DNA of 39,087 nt from Vulcanimicrobiaceae bacterium (lineage in GTDB: Bacteria; Vulcanimicrobiota; Vulcanimicrobiia; Vulcanimicrobiales; Vulcanimicrobiaceae), in the NCBI GenBank assembly GCA_046262595.1, contig JBHEMM010000006.1:29659-68745 (forward strand), written 5' to 3'. This document shows, in pieces, positions 25,715 to 34,860 of the stretch. The stretch's first letter is position 1, and each line of letters starts with the position of its first letter. The notes beneath the pieces were generated by a model, which made no database searches, was not told the DNA's origin, and saw only the letters and a list, made by a program, of their open reading frames with translations. Both the position numbers and the translations under genes were made by a program.

Positions 25715-26481
25715 GCGGGGCGTGCTCCGCGTTCCGCCACGGCCCACGTGGCGCCTTGCGCCATGAAGGCCGCAAACATCAGAAAGCCACCCACTATCCA
25801 CATCACATCCGCACCATTGCGCTGATCGGCGAGTGCTCCGGCGACACCCAAAAGGCGATTGTAGTGGGGATACAGCGGGTGTGAGGACGCGCCGATGGCA
25901 AACGCCACGAAAGCGCCTTGCGGAATCGCCAGAAAAAGATAGAGCATGCGCAGCGGATAGGGAACCGGCCTTGGCGCGTAACCGATTTGGATGACGGAGT
26001 TCCAAAACAGCAACGCGCTGCCGGTAAAAAGCACATGTTCGAAGAGGTGCACGGCCGGATGTTCCATCGCCGACTCGTACAGCGGCGAGAAGTGGGCGCC
26101 CCAGAGCACAAAAACAAACAGCACCCACCCCAGCGCCGGCGCGAACAGCGCGCGCCCGGGCGCTGAAGCGGAGAAGCGCGTGAAGCAGCGGGCAAGCCGC
26201 GCCGGCGGCACGGACACGATGAGGAGCACCGGCGCACCGAGCAGCACGAGCGGCGCCGCAACGAAGACGATGATCATATGCTGCAGCATGTGCCATGCAA
26301 ACGAACGATCCGCGAGCGCGTCCGCCGCCGGTAAAAGGCACACGGCGAAAAGCATCGCGCCGGCGCAGAAACTCGCGATCCGCAATCCCGGAAACGGCCT
26401 TGCCGGAAAGCGCGCGCGGTACTGCCGCATGCTCAGCAGGTATGCAGCAATTGCCGCTGCTGCTAAAAAGGACGCGACCAC
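25711..26481 (-). CDS. ctaG: Cytochrome c oxidase assembly factor, caa3-type CtaG
   Basis: FAWHMLQHM..APLVLLGAP, WGAH..PLY, HLFEH..F...LLFW and DQ.NGADVMW motifs. Start is GTG 26481 or ATG 26514. Confidence 0.85.
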   Translation of the reverse strand: MVASFLAAAAIAAYLLSMRQYRARFPARPFPGLRIASFCAGAMLFAVCLLPAADALADRSFAWHMLQHMIIVFVAAPLVLLGAPVLLIVSVPPARLARCFTRFSASAPGRALFAPALGWVLFVFVLWGAHFSPLYESAMEHPAVHLFEHVLFTGSALLFWNSVIQIGYAPRPVPYPLRMLYLFLAIPQGAFVAFAIGASSHPLYPHYNRLLGVAGALADQRNGADVMWIVGGFLMFAAFMAQGATWAVAERGARPA

Positions 26482-26517
26482 GCATTCACTATTCCCCGCG
26501 CTGCGAAAAATCATCGG

Positions 26518-27879
26518 CTACACCGGCTCTTCGTCGTAGCCGCCTTCGGCGTTACGGACCACCCGCACGCGTCCGGCTTCATGCACGCCGCCCTTCGTTT
26601 TAAGCTCGGTGGTCATGCGGTAGGCGGCGAAGAACGCAATCGCCGGACCGAAGAAAACAAGCAAACGGTACGCCATGAGCATGTCGAAGAACGAGATATG
26701 CAGATAGCGCGCCTGCAGATCGTTGCTTCCGGCCAGCAGCAGCACGGCCATGAGCGTTAGGAAGGAAACGCCGAACGCCGTGCGCAGCGGGGCATCGCGC
26801 GGCAGATCGAGCAAGTGATGCGCGGCGCGATCGCGGCGCAGCAAGGCTTCCCCAAAGGGGTAGGCCATCAGAAAGCCCATGATGGCGAGCGGCAGAACCA
26901 AACCCGGCCAAAACACAGGCGGCACGAAGTGGCCGAACAAATGCAGCGGCCAGCGCGGAAACAGGCGCAGCGCACCGTCCAGCCAGCCCACGTACCAATC
27001 GGGCTGTGCCGGTGCGATCGCTTTCCAGGTCTCGTACGGCCCCCAGAGCCACACCGGATTGATTTGGACGAACGCGCCCATGATGCAGCACACCGCGATC
27101 ACCGCAAATTGCAGCGAGAGCGAACGCAAAGCGTAAAGCGGAAAAAGCGGCGAACCGACGACGTTCTCTTCCGTGCGCCGCGGCCCGGGAAACTGAGTGT
27201 GTTTCTGCCGCCAGACCATCATCAAATGCACGGTGATGCCGGCCAGCAGCAGACCCGGAATAACGAACACGTGCGTTATGAAAAACCGCTGCAACAGAAC
27301 CGCCGAGGGCCACGAGCCGCCTTGCAAAAAGAAGAGCAGATAGCTGCCAACAACGGGAACCGCTTGCAAAATCGAAATACCGATCCGTAAACCGATGCCG
27401 CTCATGAGATCGTCCGGCAGCGAATAGCCCGTGAACCCCTCGAACATCGCGGCGAAGAGCAGCAGCGTTCCGACGATCCAATTCAATTCGCGCGGCTTGC
27501 GGAACGCGCCGGTGAAGAAAATCCGACACGCGTGCACGACGATCCCCGCAAGGAAAATGTCTGCCGCCCAGTGATGTATTTGCCGGATAAGGAGCCCGGC
27601 GTTCACCGCGAAGCTCAAATGCATCACGGAATCGTACGCTTCGCTGATCGAACGTCCGCGCATGAGATCGTACGGTCCGTTGTAAACGACGTGCGCGCTG
27701 CCCGGGTTGAACCAGAGCGCCAGGTACGTTCCCGTCGCGAGCAGCACGAGGAACGCATACATGTTAATTTCGCCGAGCATAAAAGACCAATGATCGGGAA
27801 ACGCTTTTCGCAAACCGTGATGGACGAACGTCGCGGTCCCGACGCGATCGTCCAGCCAAAGCAGAAAGCGCGCAATCAC
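26518..27879 (-). CDS. qcrB: Cytochrome b subunit of the cytochrome bcc complex
   Basis: FPDHWSFMLGEI, IRQIHHWAA, FFTGAFRKPRELNW, FTGYSLPDD, QKHTQFPG, AQPDWY (Qo motif) and HHLLDLPRDAP. GTG start overlaps the qcrA stop. Confidence 0.95.
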   Translation of the reverse strand: MIARFLLWLDDRVGTATFVHHGLRKAFPDHWSFMLGEINMYAFLVLLATGTYLALWFNPGSAHVVYNGPYDLMRGRSISEAYDSVMHLSFAVNAGLLIRQIHHWAADIFLAGIVVHACRIFFTGAFRKPRELNWIVGTLLLFAAMFEGFTGYSLPDDLMSGIGLRIGISILQAVPVVGSYLLFFLQGGSWPSAVLLQRFFITHVFVIPGLLLAGITVHLMMVWRQKHTQFPGPRRTEENVVGSPLFPLYALRSLSLQFAVIAVCCIMGAFVQINPVWLWGPYETWKAIAPAQPDWYVGWLDGALRLFPRWPLHLFGHFVPPVFWPGLVLPLAIMGFLMAYPFGEALLRRDRAAHHLLDLPRDAPLRTAFGVSFLTLMAVLLLAGSNDLQARYLHISFFDMLMAYRLLVFFGPAIAFFAAYRMTTELKTKGGVHEAGRVRVVRNAEGGYDEEPV

Positions 27880-28691
27880 GACTCTTGCCAAAACCCCGGG
27901 CCGGGGGGCGCCGGGAAATCGCCCGTCGCCCGAACGAAGCCGTCGTCCCGGATTTCGATGGGCAGCTGCGGCAGCGGATGGTCGGCCGGCCCCGCGAGGA
28001 CCTTCGCGCCGTCGGCGGCGTCGAACGCCGACTGATGGCACGGACACACCAAGCGGTGGTCTTTCGCGCGGTAGAGCGCCACCGGACAGCCGGCGTGCGT
28101 ACAGGCTTTGCTGTACGCGATCAGGCCCTGCGCGGTGTTGCTGCCCACGCCTTCGGGCAAACGGATGAGTACCGCCATCGAATTGTAATCGCCGATGTTG
28201 TTCTCCGGAAAAACCGTCACGACGGAATCGACGTTCATATCCGAGGCTTTGACGAAAGCGCCGTCCGGCCGCTGCAGCCGTACGCCGCGCCGCCATTTTG
28301 AGTGAAAGAGCGACTCGCCCGGCGGCGGCCCCAGCGAACCGATTGGAAAGAGTGCCGCAACGCCGAGCGAACCGAGCGCGACGTACAGCATGCGGAGGAG
28401 AAACGGCTTTCGCCCGATAGCGGCGATCCCGTGGTCGAACGATTCGCCTTGCAGCGCGCGCTCCTGCACGGGCTGCGGATACGTATCGCGCAAATCCGTC
28501 ACCTGTTCGAACGGCACGATCCAGCGTGACCATCCGAGCATCGCCAGCGCAAGTCCGAAAAACGCAGCGGCCAAGCATCCGCCGAGCACTTGCGTCGAGG
28601 CGTGCATCCAGAACGCCGCGGTGAAGCCGCCGCTCCCGGCAATCGTGAGCAGCAGCGCCGCAGCGATCGCGCGCTCGCGCACGTTGCTCAT
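27876..28691 (-). CDS. qcrA: Rieske Fe-S subunit of the cytochrome bcc complex
   Basis: YSKACTHAGCP, CPCHQSAFD, GPA..PLPQLP and GPGFW motifs; three N-terminal hydrophobic segments. Confidence 0.93.
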   Translation of the reverse strand: MSNVRERAIAAALLLTIAGSGGFTAAFWMHASTQVLGGCLAAAFFGLALAMLGWSRWIVPFEQVTDLRDTYPQPVQERALQGESFDHGIAAIGRKPFLLRMLYVALGSLGVAALFPIGSLGPPPGESLFHSKWRRGVRLQRPDGAFVKASDMNVDSVVTVFPENNIGDYNSMAVLIRLPEGVGSNTAQGLIAYSKACTHAGCPVALYRAKDHRLVCPCHQSAFDAADGAKVLAGPADHPLPQLPIEIRDDGFVRATGDFPAPPGPGFWQES

Positions 28692-28695
28692 GCTC

Positions 28696-29265
28696 TTAAC
28701 GGATCCAATAGATTGTGCAATAGATGCCGATCCACATCACGGTCACGAAATGCCAATAGTAACTGATCGCTTCCGCGCCTTCGTTGCGGTCCACCCGAAA
28801 CGCCGGCGAACGGATTCCTAAATACAACCCCAGCAGCATAATGACGCCCGCGACGACGTGCAGCAGATGGAATCCCGTCATCGTGACGTAGATCGAGCCG
28901 TACGCGCCGCTGCGTAAGCCGAAGGACTGGCTTGCGTAACCGTGCATCGCGTCCACGATATAGGCGATACCGCCCAGAATTCCGGCATAGAGCGAAACGG
29001 TCACGCGCTGCATCAGGCGCCTTCGCAGGGAGGCAAGGGCAAACGCTGTTGCGAGGCTACTTAGCAGTAAGCAAGCAGTCCCCACTGCCGGACCGACCAT
29101 GTCCAAATGCACTCCGGACGGCGGCCACTGCATGCTGCGCGCTTTCAAATTGTAATACGTGGCAAAAAGCGCGGCGAAGAACATCGTTTCCGATGCGATG
29201 AAGATGACGGTTCCAAAAACAATCGGATGCGCGCGCACGGGCAGCGGCCGTTGACCAAGCGCCAT
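28696..29265 (-). CDS. ctaE: Cytochrome c oxidase subunit III
   Basis: FIASETMFFAALF, YGSIY..MTGFHLLHV and YYWHFV..MW motifs; start at ATG 29265. Confidence 0.93.
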   Translation of the reverse strand: MALGQRPLPVRAHPIVFGTVIFIASETMFFAALFATYYNLKARSMQWPPSGVHLDMVGPAVGTACLLLSSLATAFALASLRRRLMQRVTVSLYAGILGGIAYIVDAMHGYASQSFGLRSGAYGSIYVTMTGFHLLHVVAGVIMLLGLYLGIRSPAFRVDRNEGAEAISYYWHFVTVMWIGIYCTIYWIR

Positions 29266-29328
29266 GCGCGTTTTGTACCCGCGCCAACCGTTTTCTACCG
29301 GACAAAGCGTGGGTAAGACGAAGCTCTG

Positions 29329-29991
29329 ATGCCGGTGTTCGATCCCGCTTCCGTCCAAGGCTCGGACCTGAGCGGCGTATGGAAAATCTTCATTGCCGCC
29401 GGTTTGGCCGTTGCGGTGTTCGTCTACGCGCTTATTGCGTTTGCGATGATCAAATGGCGGCGGCGCGCGGATGACGACGGCTCGCTGCCGCCGCAGTTCG
29501 ACAAAAACCCGTTCTGGGAGGTCACCGGCACCGTCATTCCGCTACTGATCGTCGGCGGGTTATTCGCAATAACGCTCGTTCGTGAGTATCATGTGGATGC
29601 GCTGGAAAAGGCGCCGTACGCAACGGTCGACGTCACCGGTTACCGCTGGTCGTGGCGCTTCTCCTATCCCGGCCACAATATCGTGGTCGACGGAACCGCG
29701 TACCGCGCGCCGACGCTCGTCGTGCCGGAAGGGAAGCTGACGCAAATCAATTTAAACTCCGCCGACGTCATTCACGCATTCTGGATTCCCGCGTTTCTCT
29801 TCAAGCGCGACGCGACACCCGGCTACACGATGCACTTCGATCTCTCGCCCTCGCGCAGCGGCACGTTCGATGGAGTCTGCGCGGAGTTTTGCGGGCTGCA
29901 GCACGGGCTCATGACATTCCACGTCCGCGTGGTGCCGCCGGCACAATACACGCGCTGGCTGGCAAGCGGCGGCACGGTCGCGCTCCGATGA
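29329..29991 (+). CDS. ctaC: Cytochrome c oxidase subunit II
   Basis: Two TM helices; GYRWSWRFSY; SADVIHAFWIP; CuA motif CAEFCGLQHGLM; no fused cytochrome c. Confidence 0.95.
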   Translation: MPVFDPASVQGSDLSGVWKIFIAAGLAVAVFVYALIAFAMIKWRRRADDDGSLPPQFDKNPFWEVTGTVIPLLIVGGLFAITLVREYHVDALEKAPYATVDVTGYRWSWRFSYPGHNIVVDGTAYRAPTLVVPEGKLTQINLNSADVIHAFWIPAFLFKRDATPGYTMHFDLSPSRSGTFDGVCAEFCGLQHGLMTFHVRVVPPAQYTRWLASGGTVALR

Positions 29992-31547
29992 CGCGGTGGC
30001 TCACTTCGACCAATCACAAGCAGATCGGCGTGCTTTACATGTGCACGACGCTCTTCTTCTTTGCGATCGCGGGCGTGCTCTCGCTGATCATCCGCATGCA
30101 GCTTGCGCACCCCGGCAACACGCTGGTCAGCCCGCAGACGTATAATCAACTTTTCACGCTGCACGGGACGGCGATGATTTTCCTCGTCGTCGCGCCGTTT
30201 GCGTTCGGTCTGGGCAACTATTTGATACCGCTCCAAATTGGTGCGCCGGACATGGCGTACCCCCGCTTGAACTTGCTCGGCGTTTGGCTATTCATCTTGA
30301 GCGGGTTCACGGTTTTCGCGGGCGTTTTCGCCGAAGGCGGCGCGGCGCAAACGGGCTGGACGGCGTACGCGCCGCTCTCCACACTGCTTTCCGGAACCGG
30401 CGCCGGGCAAGACCTTTGGCTCATCGGCATACTGCTCAATAGTATCGCCACCATCATGGTGGCCATCAACTTCATTGCTACGATCTTTTTGTTCCGGGCG
30501 CCGGCCATGTCGATGTGGCGCATGCCGATTTTCACTTGGGAGATGCTTGCCACGGCGCTGCTGATCATCATGGCATTTCCGTCGCTTGCATGCGTCGTGT
30601 GCGAACTGCTGCTTGAACGGCACTACGGCGCTTCCTTTTTCAATCCGGCGCAGGGCGGCGATCCGATATTGTACGAGCATCTGTTCTGGTTCTTCGGCCA
30701 CCCGGAAGTATACGTGATGATCTTGCCGTACTTCGGCGTCGTCGCCGAGGTCGTTTCCGTCTTTTCCCGCAAACCGGTTTTCGGCTATGTCGGGTTAGTG
30801 CTCTCGGCGTTTGCCATCGCCGGCCTCTCCATGGGCGTGTGGGCGCATCACATGTTCACCACCGGAGCAGTCGCCAACGGCTTTTTCTCCGGCATGTCGT
30901 TCCTGATCGCGGTGCCGACCGGCGTAAAGTACTGGAACTGGATAGGCACGATGTGGAAAGGTAAGCTGGAATTCACCACGCCGATGCTTTTCTGCATGGG
31001 CTTTCTGTTCAATTTTTTAATCGGCGGCATCACCGGCGTTATGATCGCATCGCCGCCAATCGACTACCACACCGAAGACAGCTATTTCATCATCGCGCAC
31101 TTTCACTACACTTTGGGCGGCGGTGCACTGTTCGCCATGTTTGCCGCAGTGTATTTCTGGTATCCGAAGATCGCCGGCGTCCGCTTGAACGAAACGCTTG
31201 GAAAAATCAATTTTTGGCTGATGTTTGCCGGCTTCAATCTGACGTTTTTCCCGCAGTTCGTCCTGGGCATGGAAGGCATGCCGCGCCGCGTTTATACGTA
31301 TCTGCCCACAGGGGATCTGCCTTGGCTCAATGCGCTCTCAAGCGCGGGCAGCGCGGTGATGGCGTTCGGCGTCATCGCCTTCGCGTTGAACTTTCTTTTC
31401 GCCAAATTCGCACGCGAGCCGGCGGGCAACGATCCGTGGGGCGGCTCGACGCTCGAATGGGCGACCACCTCGCCGCCTCCGGAGTTCAACTTTACCTCGC
31501 TGCCCCCGATCCGTTCGGAACGCCCGCTGTGGGATCTGCGGGCGTGA
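29988..31547 (+). CDS. ctaD: Cytochrome c oxidase subunit I (A1-type heme-copper oxidase)
   Basis: T(N)HKQIG, YNQLFTLHG, DMAYPRLN, GWTAYAPL, WFFGHPEVY, WAHHMF, AHFHY and GMPRR motifs. ATG overlaps the ctaC stop. Confidence 0.97.
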   Translation: MTRWLTSTNHKQIGVLYMCTTLFFFAIAGVLSLIIRMQLAHPGNTLVSPQTYNQLFTLHGTAMIFLVVAPFAFGLGNYLIPLQIGAPDMAYPRLNLLGVWLFILSGFTVFAGVFAEGGAAQTGWTAYAPLSTLLSGTGAGQDLWLIGILLNSIATIMVAINFIATIFLFRAPAMSMWRMPIFTWEMLATALLIIMAFPSLACVVCELLLERHYGASFFNPAQGGDPILYEHLFWFFGHPEVYVMILPYFGVVAEVVSVFSRKPVFGYVGLVLSAFAIAGLSMGVWAHHMFTTGAVANGFFSGMSFLIAVPTGVKYWNWIGTMWKGKLEFTTPMLFCMGFLFNFLIGGITGVMIASPPIDYHTEDSYFIIAHFHYTLGGGALFAMFAAVYFWYPKIAGVRLNETLGKINFWLMFAGFNLTFFPQFVLGMEGMPRRVYTYLPTGDLPWLNALSSAGSAVMAFGVIAFALNFLFAKFAREPAGNDPWGGSTLEWATTSPPPEFNFTSLPPIRSERPLWDLRA

Positions 31548-31972
31548 AAACGCTGATCGGCTTATTCCTTTCCTCCATGACGTTTAGCGGCGCGATCGCG
31601 CTTGTGTATTGGTTCTCATCGCACGAACCCGCAGGGACGTTTCTGCTCGGCTTCATGTTTCTGGGCTTCGCGTGGGCGGCCGGCTACACGCGCTTAGCCG
31701 AAAAAGGATCGCAGCTCGCCGGCGACGACAAAAAACTCGATCCCGGCGGGCGCGCCGGTGAAGATTTGGGGATCGTCACCAAGGAGACGCCGTGGCCGAT
31801 GCTCTTGGCGTGCAGCATTCTGGTGTTGTTCATCGGCGTGGTGTGGTCAGGATTTTTGGTTGGCGCCGGTCTTGGCGCGGCGCTGCTGTGCCTCTGGCGG
31901 CTCGGCGCGGAGAGTGCGCGCACCGGAACGAAAACGATCGTGACAGAGGAGGGGACCGAAAAAGTAACGTAG
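31544..31972 (+). CDS. ctaF: Cytochrome c oxidase subunit IV (actinobacterial CtaF-like)
   Basis: GTG overlaps the ctaD stop. IALVYWFSSHEPAGTFLL and AGEDLG....TPWP patterns; four hydrophobic segments. Confidence 0.8.
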   Translation: MKTLIGLFLSSMTFSGAIALVYWFSSHEPAGTFLLGFMFLGFAWAAGYTRLAEKGSQLAGDDKKLDPGGRAGEDLGIVTKETPWPMLLACSILVLFIGVVWSGFLVGAGLGAALLCLWRLGAESARTGTKTIVTEEGTEKVT

Positions 31973-31983
31973 CCGCTTCCGTT

Positions 31984-32997
31984 ATGAAGTTGTTGGGCAT
32001 CGAGACCTCGTGCGACGACACGGCGACCGCGGTCGTTGAAGACGGGCGCACGGTGCTTTCGAGCGTCTCCACCAACCAAGATGCTTTTCATGCGAAATAC
32101 GGCGGCATCGTTCCGGAGATCGCGAGCCGGCAGCATGTCGCGCTGCTTTCGGCAGCGGTCGAGGACGCGCTGCAACGTGCAAGTCTCCCGCCGCAGGATA
32201 TCGACGGCATCGCCGTTACGCGCGGCCCGGGCTTGGCCGGCAGCCTGGTCGTCGGCGTCGCCGCAGCAAAAGCGCTGGCATTCGCGCTTGCCAAACCGCT
32301 GTACGGCATCAACCATTTGCACGGACATGTGTTCGCCGCGTTTCTCGATCGAGGTGAGCCGCCGCAATATCCGTTTCTTGCGCTGCTCGTTTCCGGCGGA
32401 CATTCGCAACTCGTGAATGTTCGCGGTGCGCGCGACATGCGGGTCATCGGCCGCACGCGCGACGACGCGGCCGGAGAGGCGTACGACAAGACGGCGCGCC
32501 TTTTGGATCTCGGCTTTCCCGGCGGCCCCGCATTGGACCGGCTCGCGCAGGAAGGCGATGCCAAAGCGTTCGCGTTTCCTCGTCACCGCGCGCCGGCCGG
32601 GACGCTCGACCTTTCGTTTTCCGGATTAAAGACCGCGGTGCGTTATTTTTTGGAATCGCCCGGCGGCGCATCTGCGCGCAAAGAAGACGTCGCCGCGTCG
32701 TTTCAAGCCGCGGTCGTTGACGTGCTCATGGACCGCGTTGCAGCCGCGTTCGAGCGCGGACAATATACAGCCGTCGTCCTTTCGGGCGGCGTTGCGGCCA
32801 ATTCGGCTCTGCAAAGCGCGCTGCGCGCATGGGGGAAGCGCCACAACGTGGACGTCTTTATTCCGCCGCCGAAATACTGCACGGACAACGCGGCGATGAT
32901 TGCCGCGGCCGCCGCGCATCAGGGGGAAGCCGTGCGCGTCGACCCGCTGACGCTCTCGGCAGACCCGAACCTGCCCTTCGAGACCGCCGCCGCGTGA
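31984..32997 (+). CDS. tsaD: tRNA N6-adenosine threonylcarbamoyltransferase
   Basis: LGIETSCDDT, GGIVPEIASRQH, NHLHGH, LVSGGHS, DDAAGEAYDK, FSGLKT, GGVAAN and CTDNAAMI motifs. Confidence 0.98.
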   Translation: MKLLGIETSCDDTATAVVEDGRTVLSSVSTNQDAFHAKYGGIVPEIASRQHVALLSAAVEDALQRASLPPQDIDGIAVTRGPGLAGSLVVGVAAAKALAFALAKPLYGINHLHGHVFAAFLDRGEPPQYPFLALLVSGGHSQLVNVRGARDMRVIGRTRDDAAGEAYDKTARLLDLGFPGGPALDRLAQEGDAKAFAFPRHRAPAGTLDLSFSGLKTAVRYFLESPGGASARKEDVAASFQAAVVDVLMDRVAAAFERGQYTAVVLSGGVAANSALQSALRAWGKRHNVDVFIPPPKYCTDNAAMIAAAAAHQGEAVRVDPLTLSADPNLPFETAAA

Positions 32998-34562
32998 AGC
33001 GCACCGCAGTCGCGGCGCTGCTGCTGCTGGCGGCAGCTGCATGTAATAAAGCGGGCACCGCGCGCATGCACGATGCGCAAACGCTCGTTATCGCGCAGCA
33101 GCGCGAGCCCATGTCGCTCAATCCCGCACTCGAAAACGGTCAATCGCAAACCGAGTGGGGTTTGATGCTGTTTTCGTTCCTCGTAAAAGCGGACGATCGC
33201 GGCCGTTTGGTTCCGGACGCCGCGCAAGCGGTGCCCACACTGCAAAACGGCGGTATCAGTACGGACGGAAAAACAATCACCTATCATCTGCGCCCCGGCG
33301 TGAAGTTCGCGGACGGCGTTCGTTTGACGGCGCAGGACGCACTCTGGTCCATCGAGGCCATCAACAATCCGGCGAACAACGTCCAGTCCCGCTACGGCTA
33401 CGACCGCATCGCAAAAGCGGAAGCGCCCGACGATCGCACGCTCGTCCTGCATCTAAAGCAGCCGTTTGCGCCGCTGCTCACGCTCGTACTGGCGCCGCAA
33501 GGCTTTCCTATCTTTCCCAAACATCTGCTCGCCAAGTACCGCGACTTCAATCATATTGCGTTTGATGCGAAGCCGGTGGGCTCCGGGCCGTACGTTGTCG
33601 ACCGCTGGCTGCGCGGCGACCGCGTCGTGATGCACGCGAACCCGTACTACTTCGGCGGCAAACCCGCGATCGAGCATCTGACGATGCGGTTCGTTCCCGA
33701 CGCGCAAGCCGCCGCGAATCTTTTACATACGCACGAGATCGGTCTGTACTTCAACTCGCAGGATTACTCGCAATTCCCCGTTCTCAAAGGCATGAGCGGG
33801 TACCATCTTTATTCGACGCCCGTTGCCGGTGTGGGCGCGATCATTTTCGACACGCAGAATCCCAACGTTTCCCTTCCGGCCGTGCGGCGTGCGCTCGTTC
33901 AGGCGATAGACGTGGATGCGGTCGTGCGAAAAGCATACCGCGGCGCGGTTGACGCGCATAGCGCGGGAACGGGCCTCTTCTTCTGGGCGTACGACCGGCG
34001 GGCGTATCCGGACACCTCGTACGAGCCGGCTGCGGCGCGATCGCTCCTTGCGCACCGCAACTTAAGCGTGCAGATCATCATCCAGGCGGGAACGCCCGGC
34101 GATGCGGTCGCGGCCAACGACATCGCGCAATACGAGCGGCAGGCGGGCGTGAACGTGAGCGTCAAGCAGTTCAATATTTCGCAGTTCGTCGCGCCGGCGC
34201 AAGAAGGCGGCCCCGTGTACGGCGGCAAGTTCGACCTGGCGCTGTATCCGTTCGTCAACGGTGACGATCCCGACACGACGGACCAATTCGCGTGCGCCAA
34301 CGTTCCGCCCAAAGGCTACAACAAATCGCGCATCTGCGATCCGCAGATCGACGCGCTGCTCGCGGCGGGGCGCTCGACCTTCGACGCCTCCAAACGTAAA
34401 GCAATCTACGCGCGGCTCGAAGCGCGCCTGCATGAACTCATGCCGTATGCACTCATCTACCAGCGCCGCGAAATCGATGTCGCGGATTCCAGGCTGCAAA
34501 ACATCTCGCCCTCAATCGACAGCCTGTTCTGGAACGCCGCGGCGTGGAGGTACGCGCCTTAG
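32994..34562 (+). CDS. ABC transporter family-5 (peptide/nickel) substrate-binding lipoprotein
   Basis: Lipobox AAAC; PDAA..VPTLQNGGIS.DGKTITYHLR.GVKFADG, PVGSGPY, ANPYYFGGKP and VRRAL..AID motifs. Confidence 0.92.
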   Translation: MKRTAVAALLLLAAAACNKAGTARMHDAQTLVIAQQREPMSLNPALENGQSQTEWGLMLFSFLVKADDRGRLVPDAAQAVPTLQNGGISTDGKTITYHLRPGVKFADGVRLTAQDALWSIEAINNPANNVQSRYGYDRIAKAEAPDDRTLVLHLKQPFAPLLTLVLAPQGFPIFPKHLLAKYRDFNHIAFDAKPVGSGPYVVDRWLRGDRVVMHANPYYFGGKPAIEHLTMRFVPDAQAAANLLHTHEIGLYFNSQDYSQFPVLKGMSGYHLYSTPVAGVGAIIFDTQNPNVSLPAVRRALVQAIDVDAVVRKAYRGAVDAHSAGTGLFFWAYDRRAYPDTSYEPAAARSLLAHRNLSVQIIIQAGTPGDAVAANDIAQYERQAGVNVSVKQFNISQFVAPAQEGGPVYGGKFDLALYPFVNGDDPDTTDQFACANVPPKGYNKSRICDPQIDALLAAGRSTFDASKRKAIYARLEARLHELMPYALIYQRREIDVADSRLQNISPSIDSLFWNAAAWRYAP

Positions 34563-34858
34563 AGCGCTCCGGCCGCGGCGTGCGACGCCGCCAGCAGCAC
34601 TTCGTCCTCGGTCATCGCGCGTAAGCGGAGCATCGCCGCACGCTGCGCGTGCGCATCCGCCTGCATTTCGGCAAACGCCGGTTCGTGGTGATGGCGCTCG
34701 ATGGGCAGGACCGGCTGTCCTTCGCGAATCTGAAACCACTCCGATGCGACGAACAGCAGCGTTGCCTGCTCGCGCTGCCCGCGCAGCTTGCAAAGGCGCG
34801 CGCACAGATCGAATAACGTGTGGAACTACACGAGATCCGAAGCGCGATCGCGGTTCGC
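34559..34858 (-). pseudogene. C-terminal remnant of a TPR-tailed ATPase/regulator (STAND-type) gene
   Basis: Start-less open frame 34825-34559 (FHTLFDLCARLCKLRGQREQATLLFVASEWFQIREGQPVLPIERHHHEPAFAEM...RLRAMTEDEVLLAA), preceded by an in-frame TAG at 34826-34828. Confidence 0.55.
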
Positions 34859-34860
34859 TT

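Noticed and set aside
25052..33000. Apparent long N-terminal extensions of qcrC, qcrB, ctaD, ctaF, tsaD and the binding protein in the ORF track
   Set aside because: Artefacts of longest-ORF calling; true starts overlap or closely follow the upstream stop codons.
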